A stretch of 63,227 nt of DNA, filler included, from Globobulimina sp. (GCA_003354225.1; 46 parts of 46 records of this genome joined end to end with filler, not necessarily neighbours in it); one strand, 5' to 3'; shown: positions 22,563-35,810, counted from the whole stretch's first letter. Numbers and translations: made by a program. The notes: a model not told the origin generated them from the sequence alone.

Positions 22563-23316
22563 ATGAGCGGAGGTGATAGTGAAGAATTTCAATGCAGAGC
22601 GATAAACGATTATTATGCATCAGTTACTGATGAATTAGATTTAAAAGAAGGTCAAACTTATACCATCATGCAAGTTAGTAAAATAAAATAAATATTAATA
22701 TCTAATATGTATAATATATTAATATGCATAGACTTCTCCATCGGGATGGTGGTATGCAGTAAATGAGGATGGCGAAGATGGATGGGTTCCTTCTAATTAT
22801 TTAGAAAGAGTTGATGGGGATGGCGGAGGTGGAGGAGATGGCGGTGGCGGTGGCGGTGCCCAACCACAACAAAATGAAGCCGAACCCCCACAACAACAAC
22901 AACAGCAACAACAATATCAACAACCACAACAAAAAGAACCAGAACAACAACCACAAAACAATTATAACCAACAACAACAACAACCAAATGATTTTAATCA
23001 ACCACCGCCACAACAGCAGCAGCAACAGCAACAGCCGCCGCAGCAACAATATAATAACGCCCAAGACATGCAACAAGCACAAGAACAGGGCGGGTTTGCA
23101 ACTGGTGTCCCTTTGGCGCATGGCTCAGTTGCCGATGGAGCACCCGGTATGTCCACAAAATATATAATAAATATAATATAAAAAACATATATGCGATTTT
23201 GCGTATTTTTTAGATAAGCCCATCACTGAATGGTCTGTGCAAGAAACATTGGGTTATTTGAAAGGTGTGGTGGGCGTCAAAAATCGCAATGATTTTAAAT
23301 TAACCCAAGCCTGTCG
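22563..23316 (+). CDS. SH3 + poly-Gly/poly-Gln + SAM-like adaptor; introns 22674-22731 and 23147-23213; 3'-partial
   Basis: CRAINDYYASVTDELDLKEG...SGWWYAVNEDGEDGWVPSNYL (SH3); third exon PITEWSVQE (SAM start). Confidence 0.88.
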
Positions 23317-23416
23317 NNNNNNNNNNNNNNNNNNNNNNNNNNNNNNNNNNNNNNNNNNNNTTAATTAATTAANNNNNNNNNNNNNNNNNNNNNNNNNNNN
23401 NNNNNNNNNNNNNNNN

Positions 23417-23636
23417 TGGGATTTTGATGGAATAGCCAAATTACTCAGTGATTCCAGTTTGACTTGGGAAACTCCTAAAGATCCTCTGAATGCAATAATA
23501 ATCATTTCTTCATTCTTGTCAAGGGCAATGAGACCCAAACATGTATTTCCAAAGAAATCACACTTTCTAGACACCACCTCTATCATCTCAGATTCAAAAT
23601 TATATGAAAATAGAGACAACACCGTTATACAATACC
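23417..23636 (-). CDS. Class 3 lipase exon
   Basis: GLIALDKNEEMIIIAFRGS motif. Confidence 0.65.
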
Positions 23637-24793
23637 TAGTATGTAAATGAGTATACTACACTAAATCATACATACAGGGATGATCTAATAGATTCTCCTT
23701 AGTTACCATTTCATTATTTGAAATACTAAATACTATAGGGCTAGTAAATCATCTATTACACGTTTATTTACAGAAACCACTATTTCTAATAACCTTCGCT
23801 ATTTCTAACAAACCATAGAGACCACCAAACCAACAAAGACAGTAAATTACTAGACTAAATCGACAGCTGTTACCATGTCGTGTAATCGTACCCTAGAGAC
23901 CCTCCAAATGTCCTATTCCGACCCATTCTAACTGACTACTACAACATGATATTAACGAAAATATGCCACTTACCTCATTGTACCACCAGCACCAACACCA
24001 ACACCATACACACCGACGCCGAAAATCCGAACGACTGTCTATTTGATCTTAATCTACCCCTAAACTCTTTTCAAAGGAATGCGGACAACATTCCATAGTC
24101 ATACATCTGTTATATCCATTCTGGTTACCTGATTTGATACCAAAATGAGATAAACGACAGTTGATTCATTAGAACTACATATAGGTTGAGCAATCTGTCA
24201 TGATATGGTTGGATGGAAATGTTCTGGCGAGTACAGTAATGTTAGTTAGATATTACGTGTAAGATACATGTACCGTATGTAGAAAGTTGTAATTTGAAAA
24301 CTTATACGACTACAGTAACATTATATGACTATAGTAACCTTATATAAGACCTAATCAGAAGGCCCCTACTGTTTGTAGTTTATTTTTTATAGAATCACCT
24401 CGAATCGATTCCGCGACTTGAGATAAAACTGTTTGTTGTCATGTTTTTTAGACGATAATTTGCAATTGTCGTATGACCAGAAGGCCGGTAGTTTATAGAA
24501 TCACCTCGATATAGAAAATTACTTGATTTTACTTATTACTATTTATTTTGAAATGTGCTCTGCCATGGAATCCTGCGATTAGATGGGGACTGATTGTGCT
24601 GAAATTCTCTCTGAACAACCACAGATAAATCCGTTTATCATGTTTTTCAATGACCTGTTAAGTGGGAAATACAACACGGTTTTGTCCTGCGAANNNNNNN
24701 NNNNNNNNNNNNNNNNNNNNNNNNNNNNNNNNNNNNNTTAATTAATTAANNNNNNNNNNNNNNNNNNNNNNNNNNNNNNNNNNNNNNNNNNNN

Positions 24794-25279
24794 TTATTCT
24801 CCGAACAACTAAAAGAGATGAGAATCGATCCGCTGCCGACTTACGTTGAACCTTCGCAGACACCGTTATCCTCTCCGGATAGAGCGAAAGAATATCCCCT
24901 GATTCTTACCGATTACAAGAACCCGTTTTATTATCATTCCAGTCACCGGAACATTCCGGGCTTGCGAAAATTATCACCGGAGCCGATCGTGGAGATGAAT
25001 CCGGAAACAGGCAGTGAATTGGGTCTTAATGAAAATGATTATGTATACATAGAAACCCCAACAGGAAGAATCAGGCAGAAACTTCGCTGGAATGAAGATC
25101 TGGATCCAAGGGTAGTAACAGTGGCCCATGGCTGGTGGTTTCCGGAGGGCAAGTCCGATGATTTATACAATTGGGATAAGGCCAATTTGAATATCCTTAC
25201 GGATGATTCATATCCGAGTGATCCTGCAATGGGAGCCCCAACTTTGAGGGGAATTATGTGTAACGTTTACAAATCATAG
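24794..25279 (+). CDS. Molybdopterin oxidoreductase C-terminal dinucleotide-binding domain (bacterial, acetylene-hydratase-like group)
   Basis: EYPLILT, YYHSSHRNIPGLR, PIVEMNPETG, HGWWFPE, DPAMGAPTLRGIMCNV. Confidence 0.9.
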   Translation, partial: LFSEQLKEMRIDPLPTYVEPSQTPLSSPDRAKEYPLILTDYKNPFYYHSSHRNIPGLRKLSPEPIVEMNPETGSELGLNENDYVYIETPTGRIRQKLRWNEDLDPRVVTVAHGWWFPEGKSDDLYNWDKANLNILTDDSYPSDPAMGAPTLRGIMCNVYKS

Positions 25280-25289
25280 AATTCCATTA

Positions 25290-26070
25290 CTTGTCAATTT
25301 CCCCAATGCAAGCACCTCACCATGGCCATTAATGATATTTAATCATGGCGGAGATACTAAAAATACGTGGTATGATTTTGTATGGAAAAATTTAGTGCCT
25401 CAAGGTTACATTGTTGTGATGCCAGGGGATTATGAAAAATATATAAATGATTTCCATTATGCGGCCGACCAAAGATATACATTAGATTTTATGTTAGCAG
25501 ATTGCAATGTAAATGCATCCGGATCCTGTCCCTTATTCAATAAAATTAGCAATATATCGATTGCCAGCGGTCATAGCATGGGTGGCGGAGCTACATTTTT
25601 TTCGATTGGTAATTATCCATTAAATCAAACATTTTTGTATGAATTCAATGCATCATTCACTTTGTCGGGCTGTACCTTTTCAGAAAAAAAAATGGAGGAG
25701 GCAGTGAAAAATATTAGCAATAAAAATGTATTTATAATGAGTGCAACTCACGATTGTATATGTCCGCCATCTTCTAATGCCGTAAAATTTTTTGAGGAAA
25801 TTGCTGATAAAAATACCTGTAAATTTTTGGCTGATATCACCAATGGAACTCATTGTCATTTCATGGAGCCACCACACGAAGTCAGAGATGTTCCGTGTCT
25901 CACTGAAGAAAAAATATTATGTCCGCGAGAATATCATAACAATATTCCACAAGAAAAACAATGGAATATAGTCAATAAATATATGACATTGTTTCTCAAT
26001 GCCACATTGTATCAAAATTACGATAATTTCAAGCTTATCATTGATGAATTAAACAATGATAAAGCAGCCG
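25290..26070 (+). CDS. Alpha/beta hydrolase, chlorophyllase/cutinase-like (eukaryotic-like), partial
   Basis: WPLMIFNHG, GYIVVMP, nucleophile GHSMGGG, D (THDCIC) and H (GTHCHF). Confidence 0.75.
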
Positions 26071-26402
26071 NNNNNNNNNNNNNNNNNNNNNNNNNNNNNN
26101 NNNNNNNNNNNNNNTTAATTAATTAANNNNNNNNNNNNNNNNNNNNNNNNNNNNNNNNNNNNNNNNNNNNATTTTCATTTTGTAATTTATCATTGATTGC
26201 ACGATTTGCCAATCTTAATTTTCCAAATTCATCATTAGTTAACCAACGTGAAGCATGTTCAGTTGTGTCTTGTGATAAAATATTAATTGTCGATGCTTTA
26301 CAATACATTGCCATCATAATACTCAAGCAAACATTCATAATGTTATTAAAATGCGATATCAAAATGCTGACGAAGTAAATCTACAAAACCTAAGACTTAA
26401 AA

Positions 26403-26861
26403 ATGATATTTGCATATTACATTTTGCTTTTTGGAGGAGTGGTACTTTTATGTTTACTGCTATTCTGCTATAAAAACTCGTTCAATGCATATGAACCGAA
26501 CAGTGGATTGAAGTTTGAATTGCCACCAAAAGAACTATATCCGTTTATTAATCGATGGATGACATTTCAAATAAATAATGATAGCAATCAAGTGGTGGTA
26601 CAACATATTGCTTCTCCAGAAAATACACATTTGCCATGCATTCATTACATTGATGAGGGGAAAGATAAACAAAATGATGAAAATGATATTTGTCTGTTAC
26701 TGTGTCACGGACATCCAACCTGCTCATTTTTATATAGAAACATGATCAAAAAAATATCCAAACAATACAGGTGTGTTAGCATTGACTGTCCAGGATTTGG
26801 GCTATCCACAGCGCCAAAACAATATACATTTACTACACAACAACAAGCAAATATATTACAA
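26403..26861 (+). CDS. Haloalkane dehalogenase/epoxide hydrolase-like alpha/beta hydrolase, first exon, with N-terminal anchor
   Basis: IHYIDEG, LLLCHGHPTCSFLYRNMI, DCPGFGLS; GTAAAT donor at 26862. Confidence 0.8.
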
Positions 26862-26914
26862 GTAAATACAAGAACGATCCTAATACACTTAAAAAAGAAC
26901 TAATAAAGAAAACA

Positions 26915-27447
26915 TTAGAGCCTTATGTGCATTATGATATTGAAACGGTAAGAGATATTTACGGACAAAAAGAAGCGCAGAAGAAAGGATTATTTACTGA
27001 TTGGTGGGAGTCGTTAAGTAAATTCGATATTGATATTCAGAAGATGGAAAACGATATGAATAGTTGGATGGATAAAAGAATTACTAATTTAAATATAAAA
27101 GAAGATGGCAATCAAGGTGTACAAGAAGTTCAGACAGATTGAAAACTCTAATGGTGAATTTAAAATTAATGAACACAGAAAAGAGTTAAGATCAAGTATT
27201 AAGATTGACGAACTGGAAGCTAATAACTATAACAAGCAAGCTAAAACTAGTGGTATTTATTTTGAACTTGATGAATTAGCAACAAAAGAACGTAACGAAT
27301 CATTAGTGCCAGTTCCGACAGTTGATAGAAAAGCTTTAATTGAAGAAGCTAATGAAATGGGTCTAGAGTTTGCAAAGAATATTAAAACAAATGCTTTAAT
27401 TAAATTAATAGACGAAAATAAATAAGATGGAAAACATTGTATTTAAT
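26915..27447 (+). mobile_element. Phage-like cluster of tightly packed small ORFs
   Basis: Overlapping/abutting ORFs (to 27142; 27105-27425; 27427 onward); 106-aa ORF ends in a helical ALIEEANEMGLEFAKNIKTNALIKLI module. Confidence 0.5.
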
Positions 27448-28171
27448 NNNNNNNNNNNNNNNNNNNNNNNNNNNNNNNNNNNNNNNNNNNNTTAATTAAT
27501 TAANNNNNNNNNNNNNNNNNNNNNNNNNNNNNNNNNNNNNNNNNNNNACAACCATTCTGCCAAATATTCGTTGAAATCGTATCCCAACACGTTGCATTCG
27601 CCGGTTTTGATTGACCGACGGTCGCGACCGCAGTCTCCAGTGCATCAGGCGAAGACTGGCAAATCATATAAGAACGGGTCGCATTCACCGTCGCATGGCT
27701 CGTACGGCAAAACGTTGCATGCCAATGACGGCAATGACAATGTGCACGGGCATGGCCATAAGGAGAAGGAAGCCAATGTCAAGAAATATAGGAAACGGAG
27801 CAAGCACTCTTTGGGCAAATCTATTTTTGACAATGCGCCGGGGATTACGTCTGCCAAATAAATAAAGATAATCTTTATTGACTGACTGCATGACATCTTT
27901 AGCAGCCACACTTTTTCATTGTTTTAGAGAATATTGTTTGTGTTTTTTTTTGTTTTTGTTAGATTTATTTTTTAAGTGATTTTTTTTTCTTTTCCGTTTT
28001 TTTTGTGATTTTGGTGTTTGTTGATTGTTGATTTATCATTTCATTCAAAGTCCGCCACTGTATAATTTTACAAATAATAATTTTTATATTTTCAACTGTA
28101 TAGAGTGAAATAATTAATGCCTAAAATGTTATTACAAGCAATAATACACGTTTTTTTACTTGAGTGCTAGT

Positions 28172-28824
28172 ATGGCACAGCAAATAGAAACTGCTGCAAC
28201 AGGCGAACAAGCTCAGGCTATGGACATTAACACATGGTTAGGTCAAAATAGATTGGGCAAATATAAAGATAAATTCGAGGAAGATGTTGTTCAATTCCAA
28301 GATATACTGACATGGGACGAAAAAACAATAGATGAGACATGTAAGCATTATGGTATGAGCAGCCCAGTCGTTCAGAAAAGATTTAAAACTGCTGTTCGGA
28401 CCTTACAGTACAAAACCAGGCCTCCACAGTCATCCGCTCACCAAATATATAGAATTGTGACATCCATCAAAGAATCCGCATCAATCACGTCTTTAGAAAA
28501 TAGATTGTCTGAAATACAAACCGCAATAAAAAATAATACTGATGAAACAAATAAATCCGTGCAAAATTGTAAAATACAAAACAGTGAAATCGAGCAAATA
28601 TTCAATTCCTTGCAGCATAAATTGAATGCGCGGAAGACATTGTTATTAAAGAAATTGAATTCTGTTTGGAATGACCGGTTGCATTCAGTTCAAAATCAAC
28701 AGAAATTACTCTGTAATTATCAAAATTTAGTGCGACGAGCAAAAGAAGAGACCAATGCATTGACATTAGATCCGGATATTGGTTGTACGCAGAGAGAAAC
28801 CAAAATAATTAAAATTTGCGACGA
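28172..28824 (+). CDS. SAM domain + long coiled-coil (TRIM B-box-C-terminal-like) protein, 3'-partial
   Basis: INTWLGQNRLGKYKDKF SAM motif; EIEQIFNSLQHKLNARKTLLLKKL coiled coil. Confidence 0.75.
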
Positions 28825-29517
28825 NNNNNNNNNNNNNNNNNNNNNNNNNNNNNNNNNNNNNNNNNNNNTTAATTAATTAANNNNNNNNNNNNNNNNNNNN
28901 NNNNNNNNNNNNNNNNNNNNNNNNAACAGAATAATAATATGCATGTAAATAAAATGGAAAATGATTCTGATTGTGATGAAGATGAAGGTGGAGATGAAGA
29001 GTATGAAAAATATATGGATCGATATTATTTTGATGATAAAGAATATGGCAGAAAATGTACAGATGATGAAGAATCAAGTGGATATAGACATTATTCTGAT
29101 ATGGATTATTCTGATATGGAGGGAGGATATGTTGATGGAGTTGGCTGTAAAAAAAATCCAATCATTTTAAATTAAATACAAACAATAATTTCATTAATTT
29201 TTGTTTTGTTTTCGTATTAATTCCTGTAAATTTTATTTATTAGGTTGTATAATATTATTAAATTAATATTTTGCTATGCATTCATAACTCTTTCTCAGTC
29301 TCTGTATCAGTTTCTGTCTCAGTGTCATGGTTGACATCAAAGAAAAGTTTTTTTCAGCTATCGAAAAAATGAGAAAATACAAAAGTACAAACTTATAAAC
29401 ATAAATATACCAAAACAAAACAAAACAATATCAAAACAAAACAAAAGCAAATATACCACCTTGCAATTGGTGGCAATTCATTCCTTGCAATATCACCTTG
29501 TAATTGGTGGAATTTAT

Positions 29518-29853
29518 CACACCAAAATACTCATTTTTTTAGATATCTATTTGGGCGGTGGATACCCGTTTACATCCCACCAAAGAAATCATTTTTTTAT
29601 AAATTTGTTTGGGTGGTGGATACCCGTTTTATTCCCCACCAAATAACTCATTTTTCGGTATTTATTTGGGCGGTGGATACCCGTTTAAATCCCACCAAAT
29701 AACTCATTTTTTATAACTTTATTTGGGCGGTGGATACCCGTTTTATTCCCACCAAATAAATCATTTTTTAGATATTTATTTGGGCGGTGGATAACCCTTT
29801 AAATCCCACCAAATAACTCAATTTTTTATACATTTTTTTTGGGCGGTGGATAT
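29518..29853 (+). repeat. About 57-bp tandem satellite, about 6 units, resuming at 30142-30201
   Basis: Unit ATTTGGGCGGTGGATACCCGTTT(AA/TA)..CCCACCAAATAACTCATTTTTT...; alternating variants. Confidence 0.9.
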
Positions 29854-30009
29854 CTGGCAATTGGTGGTAATGTGCCATATTTATCCCTGGCACCGACACA
29901 AAACCACCATAAATAATACCGCTGTGATGGCGGCATAATACTCTTTTAATTATTCGCCTGCTTTTGTGCGTGCCAACGATCTCATTCTTCCTTCCAAACA
30001 TAAAACAAA

Positions 30010-30058
30010 TTTGTCTATGTTTTTATGATCCTGGCAGGATCAGGAAAACATAGACAAA
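30010..30058. repeat. Near-perfect 49-bp hairpin
   Basis: TTTGTCTATGTTTT..TGATCCTG / CAGGATCA..AAAACATAGACAAA. Confidence 0.85.
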
Positions 30059-30327
30059 ATACGGTATATAACACCTGTACAATGTGCCATGCAACACAAT
30101 TCCTCTCAGTCTCATGGCACCTTGCAATTGGTGAAATTATTTGGGCGGTGATACGCGTTTAATCCCACCAAAATACTCATTTTTTAGACATTTATTTGGG
30201 TNNNNNNNNNNNNNNNNNNNNNNNNNNNNNNNNNNNNNNNNNNNNTTAATTAATTAANNNNNNNNNNNNNNNNNNNNNNNNNNNNNNNNNNNNNNNNNNN
30301 NGCCAAGAAGGAGCCGAGAGAGTCTGA

Positions 30328-31578
30328 GAAAGCACCCAGAAGGCAAAAAAGCAAGAATGCAACCAATTATATGAAGGCAAAACCGGTGGTCAGATTATAG
30401 CAGCTCGCTTAAAACGTAATTCAGTTCGTGATGTATTTATGTATTCCGGTGGTGCAGTTATGCCAGTAATTGATGCATTTTATCAAGATGAAGATTTTAA
30501 TTATTACATAACTGCACATGAACAATCATTAGGTCATGCAGCCACAGGATATGCCAAAGTCAGTGGCAAAACTGGTGTTTGCATAGTAACCTCAGGACCA
30601 GGCTTAACCAATATGGTAACACCGATTTTGGATTCTACAAATGACTCAACGCCGTTATTATGTTTATCTGGACAGGTTCCGTTAACTGCGATGGGCTCCT
30701 CTGCCTTCCAGGAGTGTCCAGCTACCGCTATTACAAAATCTATTACGAAATGGAATTATTGTCTACAATCTACAGAAGAGATACCTTATGTTATCGACCA
30801 TGCCCTCCACATTGCACAAGATGGTAAGAAAGGTGCAGTACACATTGATGTACCAAAATGTGTATCAGCAGCCAAATATTGCAGTAGCAAAGCAATGGCT
30901 TTAAGCGATGATATATTCACAATGTGTTCAGCTGAGGATAAGGCAGATAACTCTAACTATGATAGTTTGCAGCATACTATTACAAATTTGCAACCTCCAA
31001 TGGATGACAATGTATTTAAAAAAATGGCTCAACTCATTAATAATGCATCAGCGCCGGTGTTTTATATTGGTAAAGGATGCGAGAATGCAAGTGATTTATT
31101 GACAGAAGCTGCTACCAAAGGAAGGATACCAGTTACGAGCACATTACACGCCATGGGTATATTTGATGAGACGCACGAATTAGCCTTGAAAATGTGTGGA
31201 ATGCATGGGCATTATGCAGCGAATCATGCATTGCAGAATGCTGATTTAATCATAGCAGTTGGCTCGCGATTTGATGATCGAACTACTGGCATAATCAATA
31301 AATATGCGCCAAAAGCAAAGGAGGCCGCAGCACAAGGTAGAGGTGGTATAATTCATTGTAATATCGAGGCTGATCAGATTAATAAAGTACTAACGACTGA
31401 TTACAATTTCTTAATGGATTCGCGTGAGTTTATGCAAGGTATATTGCCATACTTAGCAGCGCCGCAAAATCAAATAAAAGCAGTGAGAGAGAATTGGATT
31501 CGAACCATACATGAATGGAAAATGAGATATCCGTATCAGTTTATACGTGCACCGGAGAATAAGTTGAAAACGCAGGAT
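30328..31578 (+). CDS. ilvB: Acetolactate synthase large (catalytic) subunit, partial
   Basis: TGGQII, YSGGAVMPVIDA, HEQSLGHAATGYA, VTSGPGLTN, AFQE, GMHG, GSRFDDR. Confidence 0.93.
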
Positions 31579-31811
31579 NNNNNNNNNNNNNNNNNNNNNN
31601 NNNNNNNNNNNNNNNNNNNNNNTTAATTAATTAANNNNNNNNNNNNNNNNNNNNNNNNNNNNNNNNNNNNNNNNNNNNTGATTCATTCCATTTTTTTGAT
31701 TCCCCACATCCTAAAGCATGACAGCAATAATTACAAACACAGCTGGATTTAGTACAGCCAGAACGAGTATGAGTTTTAGCTAGAACGAGTTTGTGCGACT
31801 TTAACATATTG

Positions 31812-32955
31812 TCAATCAACATCAAGAATATGAGGATCAGTTAATTCGTCGGATTGATTGCTTACAATTTGTTGATGATATTCGGTTAAAACATTGTCAA
31901 TTACAACTGAGTGAAATTGTTTTTGTATTTTAATTAATTTTAGTTTAATATCATTTATTTCTTTTTCCGATTTGCATATTAACATTAATGATAACAATGT
32001 ATCTGAACATAAAATAAATAATTCTTTTTTATATTTTACTAATTCATAATCTATATATGTTCTCTCTGTATATTTATCCAATTTAATACATAATTTACAG
32101 ATAAATAATATTATTTTGCCATGAAACGAAAATATATTCATCCAACACTCACTAATCGCTGCATTAATATATTCAAGACATAATTTCACAACTTGTAAAT
32201 CATCAGAATTTATCATAAATTGTAATATGAAATCAAACACAACATTCCATCTTTTCACATTTAATATTTTCTCATTTTTCAATTGATTTAAATAATAATT
32301 TGTTATCATTTTTTTCCTTAAAATGTCAGCTTTTCCTCCTGAATGAATTAACGTATTCGAATCTGAGTTAATTCGTTGATAAATAGCTTCAAATTTGTGC
32401 AAAATCAACGATATATTCTCATCCGTTTCATCTGTATTTTCATAATAATTTGCTTGATATACTTTTATTTGATTGGGAATGGATAATATATGCAGACTCA
32501 GTCTTGAATATAATTTACAAATTAATGGATATAAAATGAGTGAAATTGAATCTTCACGAAATGATAATGTAGTTTTTAATGAATCTAATAAAATTGGAAT
32601 ATATTTATGCGATGATTTATTAATTCGGACTTTATCTATTATCGTTTCTATAAATTTTAATGCAAATATTTTTTGATAATCACGATAACTTTTTAATATT
32701 TGCAACAAAATAAATAACAAATCACCAAAACTATGACATAATGCATATGATTGCTTCTCTTTCTTTACTTTTATACAATTTATGATATAAAACATTTCGA
32801 ATCTTGTGCTAAAAAATAAATATTCCCAATTATCACCATGCGTATTTTGTAAATCTTGTTCTTTTTCCATTTTTCTAACCCGGTTTTTTGCATATTTTTG
32901 ATAATAACTCCATTTATTATTTCTTGCCATTATCGTTTGACTTATTTCGTTATGT
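31812..32955 (-). CDS. HEAT/ARM-repeat protein, possibly TTI2-like
   Basis: All-helical 372+ aa; ILKSYRDYQKIFALKFI and VVKLCLEYINAAISECWMNI resemble TTI2 C-terminal helices. Confidence 0.45.
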
Positions 32956-33055
32956 NNNNNNNNNNNNNNNNNNNNNNNNNNNNNNNNNNNNNNNNNNNNT
33001 TAATTAATTAANNNNNNNNNNNNNNNNNNNNNNNNNNNNNNNNNNNNNNNNNNNN

Positions 33056-33932
33056 ATCATACATTTGGCACCGAGCAGTGCTCAAAACTTAGTTCAAAAC
33101 ATCAAGTTCTCAAAGCACTAGTCCGATCATCATGGTTCTTTTTTCTGGTTTCAACCATACATCAACAGTATGTAGTAATCCACACATGAAATTCAACGAA
33201 AAGCTTGCTTTTTTCATTGGCTTTGTCATCACAGTAAATTTTATGGTATTCACCGCATTATGGATTGATGTGGTTATCGATCATGTTTCTGTTGGTATTA
33301 CGATTCCAGACCGCCGGCTTGAAGTTTGTACATTATTCAATAGTTCAGAATTGGAATCTGTTCATAAAGTCGACAGGCTATGGCCGATATTGTTGGGTGG
33401 GCAAGATTTTATTGTTGGGTTTGTAACATTAAGTTTGTTCATTTATAAAATGATTGAAATGATTCGGATGAGGCGAGATACCGCCGGTTCACGCTTTCGT
33501 TTACGAGAAGGAAAGATTTTAAAACTTATTCGGAAGTTATTTGTATTGGGCTCCATTTCCATCCTTTCAACTTTTATTTTTTATACATTTGCTATTCCCT
33601 TTTATGGCAATTTAACATTTTTGTTGCCTGTCGATTGCTGCATTAATAGTTTGTGTACGATGTTGTTGCTGAGTTCTAGCGGGGGCGCATATAATATATT
33701 ATGTTTTGGATGTGAGCGGTGTTTGTCATTGGTGATGGAACCAAACCATTCAAATGAAGCCAAAGTGATTGCAAAAATGATGGTCAATGAATTAGTTTCT
33801 TCTGATAATGGTGATGTTCGTCCAATGACTGTGGATGTTGGTGAAAAAAAGGGAAATCAACCAATTTTATCTGTGAACTCCAAGTCTCCTTCCAAGTCTG
33901 ATTTGGGAAGGTGTCGTTCAGCATCGCTATGA
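33056..33932 (+). CDS. Orphan 7TM/GPCR-like membrane protein, 5'-partial
   Basis: TM4-TM7 pattern (LSLFIYKM, KLFVLGSISILST, PVDCCINSLCTML) with Cys-rich helix 8 (LCFGC). Confidence 0.65.
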
Positions 33933-34432
33933 TTACAGCTGTTGTTAAAACAAATATATTAAAAAATAAATAAAGATTATTTTAATTAAATTATTTAAAA
34001 ATAAACCACTTTAATAAAACCAAAACTACTTTGAAATTCAATCTCATTCTGACAATATAATATCAGATTATATTCAGATATAAATTCAATTTTTCTGGTT
34101 TTGTTTTGTTACAAAATTGAGCGCCAATTATCTTACGTTGAATTATTATAAAGATAATGATAATGTTATGATTTTGTAATCCATACATGAATTAGGTTAA
34201 TCGACTTTTTCTAGAATTGACTTTGGCCAACTAAGTGATTTTCGAGACCGTTACATTTCATGTCTCCAATGTCTACACTTGTCTTTTAGATTGGCGATCC
34301 TAAATATGATTCCCACTAATTATTTTCGTATANNNNNNNNNNNNNNNNNNNNNNNNNNNNNNNNNNNNNNNNNNNNTTAATTAATTAANNNNNNNNNNNN
34401 NNNNNNNNNNNNNNNNNNNNNNNNNNNNNNNN

Positions 34433-35094
34433 TGGGTAAGAGGTGCTGATTGGATGATACCTCAAAATCAAAGAATCGCCATAAATATCTGAAACAACAA
34501 TGAATAATCAATATTGGTGCGAGGATGAGCAAAGGCAAAGGAATGAACATACCGTTCGAGATAATGCGTAAATTCGAGGATCATAATATTGTGGTTTGAT
34601 TCTTCATTTTCAGAGGAAATGTGATCAAAATATAATGAATCCACTAATGAAGATTCAAATTTTGTGTCATCATCATCATTGTGGTCAGGTTTAAGCCAAT
34701 TTTGTTTAGCTATTTTGAATAAAGTATGACTTTCCATTTCTTGTAATGTTGGTTGTTGATTGTTCCATTTGTTCCATTTCTTATCATTTTGTTTTTGAGT
34801 TTGTTTCAATTGGTTTTGATAATAATTTGGTGGTTTAATGGGTCTTTTGTGTGCATTGTGATTTAAAAGTGCAGTTTTTGCACGTTTGGATGGTGGAGGT
34901 TTTGTGGATTGATGGTCATCGTCATTGGTGCTTTCAGTTGGATGCGTTTTGCGTTTGCGAGTATTTGCATTGTTTGAGGATGCAAATGGATGTTGCGGTT
35001 GTTCCATGGCTTTTGCTCCTTCTTCCACAAATTCAACATTTTCAAATATTCCTTGATTTCCATCATCTTTGGACTCCACATCTTTTGTAGCCAT
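34433..35094 (-). CDS. AQR: Intron-binding spliceosomal helicase Aquarius, N-terminus; intron 34489-34552
   Basis: IAKQNW...IMILEFTHYLERYLWRFF after splicing matches the Aquarius N-domain motif. Confidence 0.85.
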
Positions 35095-35533
35095 TTTGGT
35101 TTTTTTAAGTTAAGTAGAAAAATGCTTAAAAACAAGAAGTAAATTAACATGTCAGCTAGCAAACAATATAAATTTATAAAACTAAAACAATCAATTTTTG
35201 CACCAATCCGAGTCAGATCGCATTGTGCAGTGCAGTGCAGTAAAAGTGCATTTGTTCGGTGCGACTCCGTGGTATACATACCTCAAAAGTCGAAATCAGA
35301 TTACCTAAACATGTAGATATTTCTGGTAGAAAATTGAATTATTTGACAAAAACCATACATTCAAAACAAAAAAATAGGAATATTAATATTCAAAAAAAAA
35401 AAATATAAACAAATGTGAATTGAGCAAAATGAACTCATCAAAATAGCAAAAAAGGAGAAATAAATGAATTCAATCCAAACAATTAAAGATGTAACACATA
35501 AAGAATAAAGCGGTAAAGAGTAAGAATATAATA

Positions 35534-35708
35534 TTATTTCATAGATGTTTTTTTAATGCCAGATGATTTCCTCCATTCTTTCTCAAACTTTATCAATAAT
35601 TTGTCCGCTCGATTTCTAGAGTTTTTATCTTTTAACTGACTAAATCGATCCACCCGCACTTTTCGAACAATCCCATCAAATGTATCCTCATCCACATCCT
35701 TCAACTGT
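35534..35708 (-). CDS. C-terminus of a hypothetical helical protein
   Basis: QLKDVDEDTFDGIVRKVRVDRF...KTSMK* open to the contig edge. Confidence 0.45.
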
Positions 35709-35810
35709 NNNNNNNNNNNNNNNNNNNNNNNNNNNNNNNNNNNNNNNNNNNNTTAATTAATTAANNNNNNNNNNNNNNNNNNNNNNNNNNNNNNNNNNNN
35801 NNNNNNNNGA

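Noticed and set aside
22793-23188. Poly-Leu, poly-Val and poly-Asn ORFs in the ORF track
   Set aside because: Shadow frames of the CAA/CAG poly-Gln exon of the SH3 gene
29518-29853. Possible CRISPR array
   Set aside because: No unique spacers (whole units repeat), eukaryotic context, no cas genes
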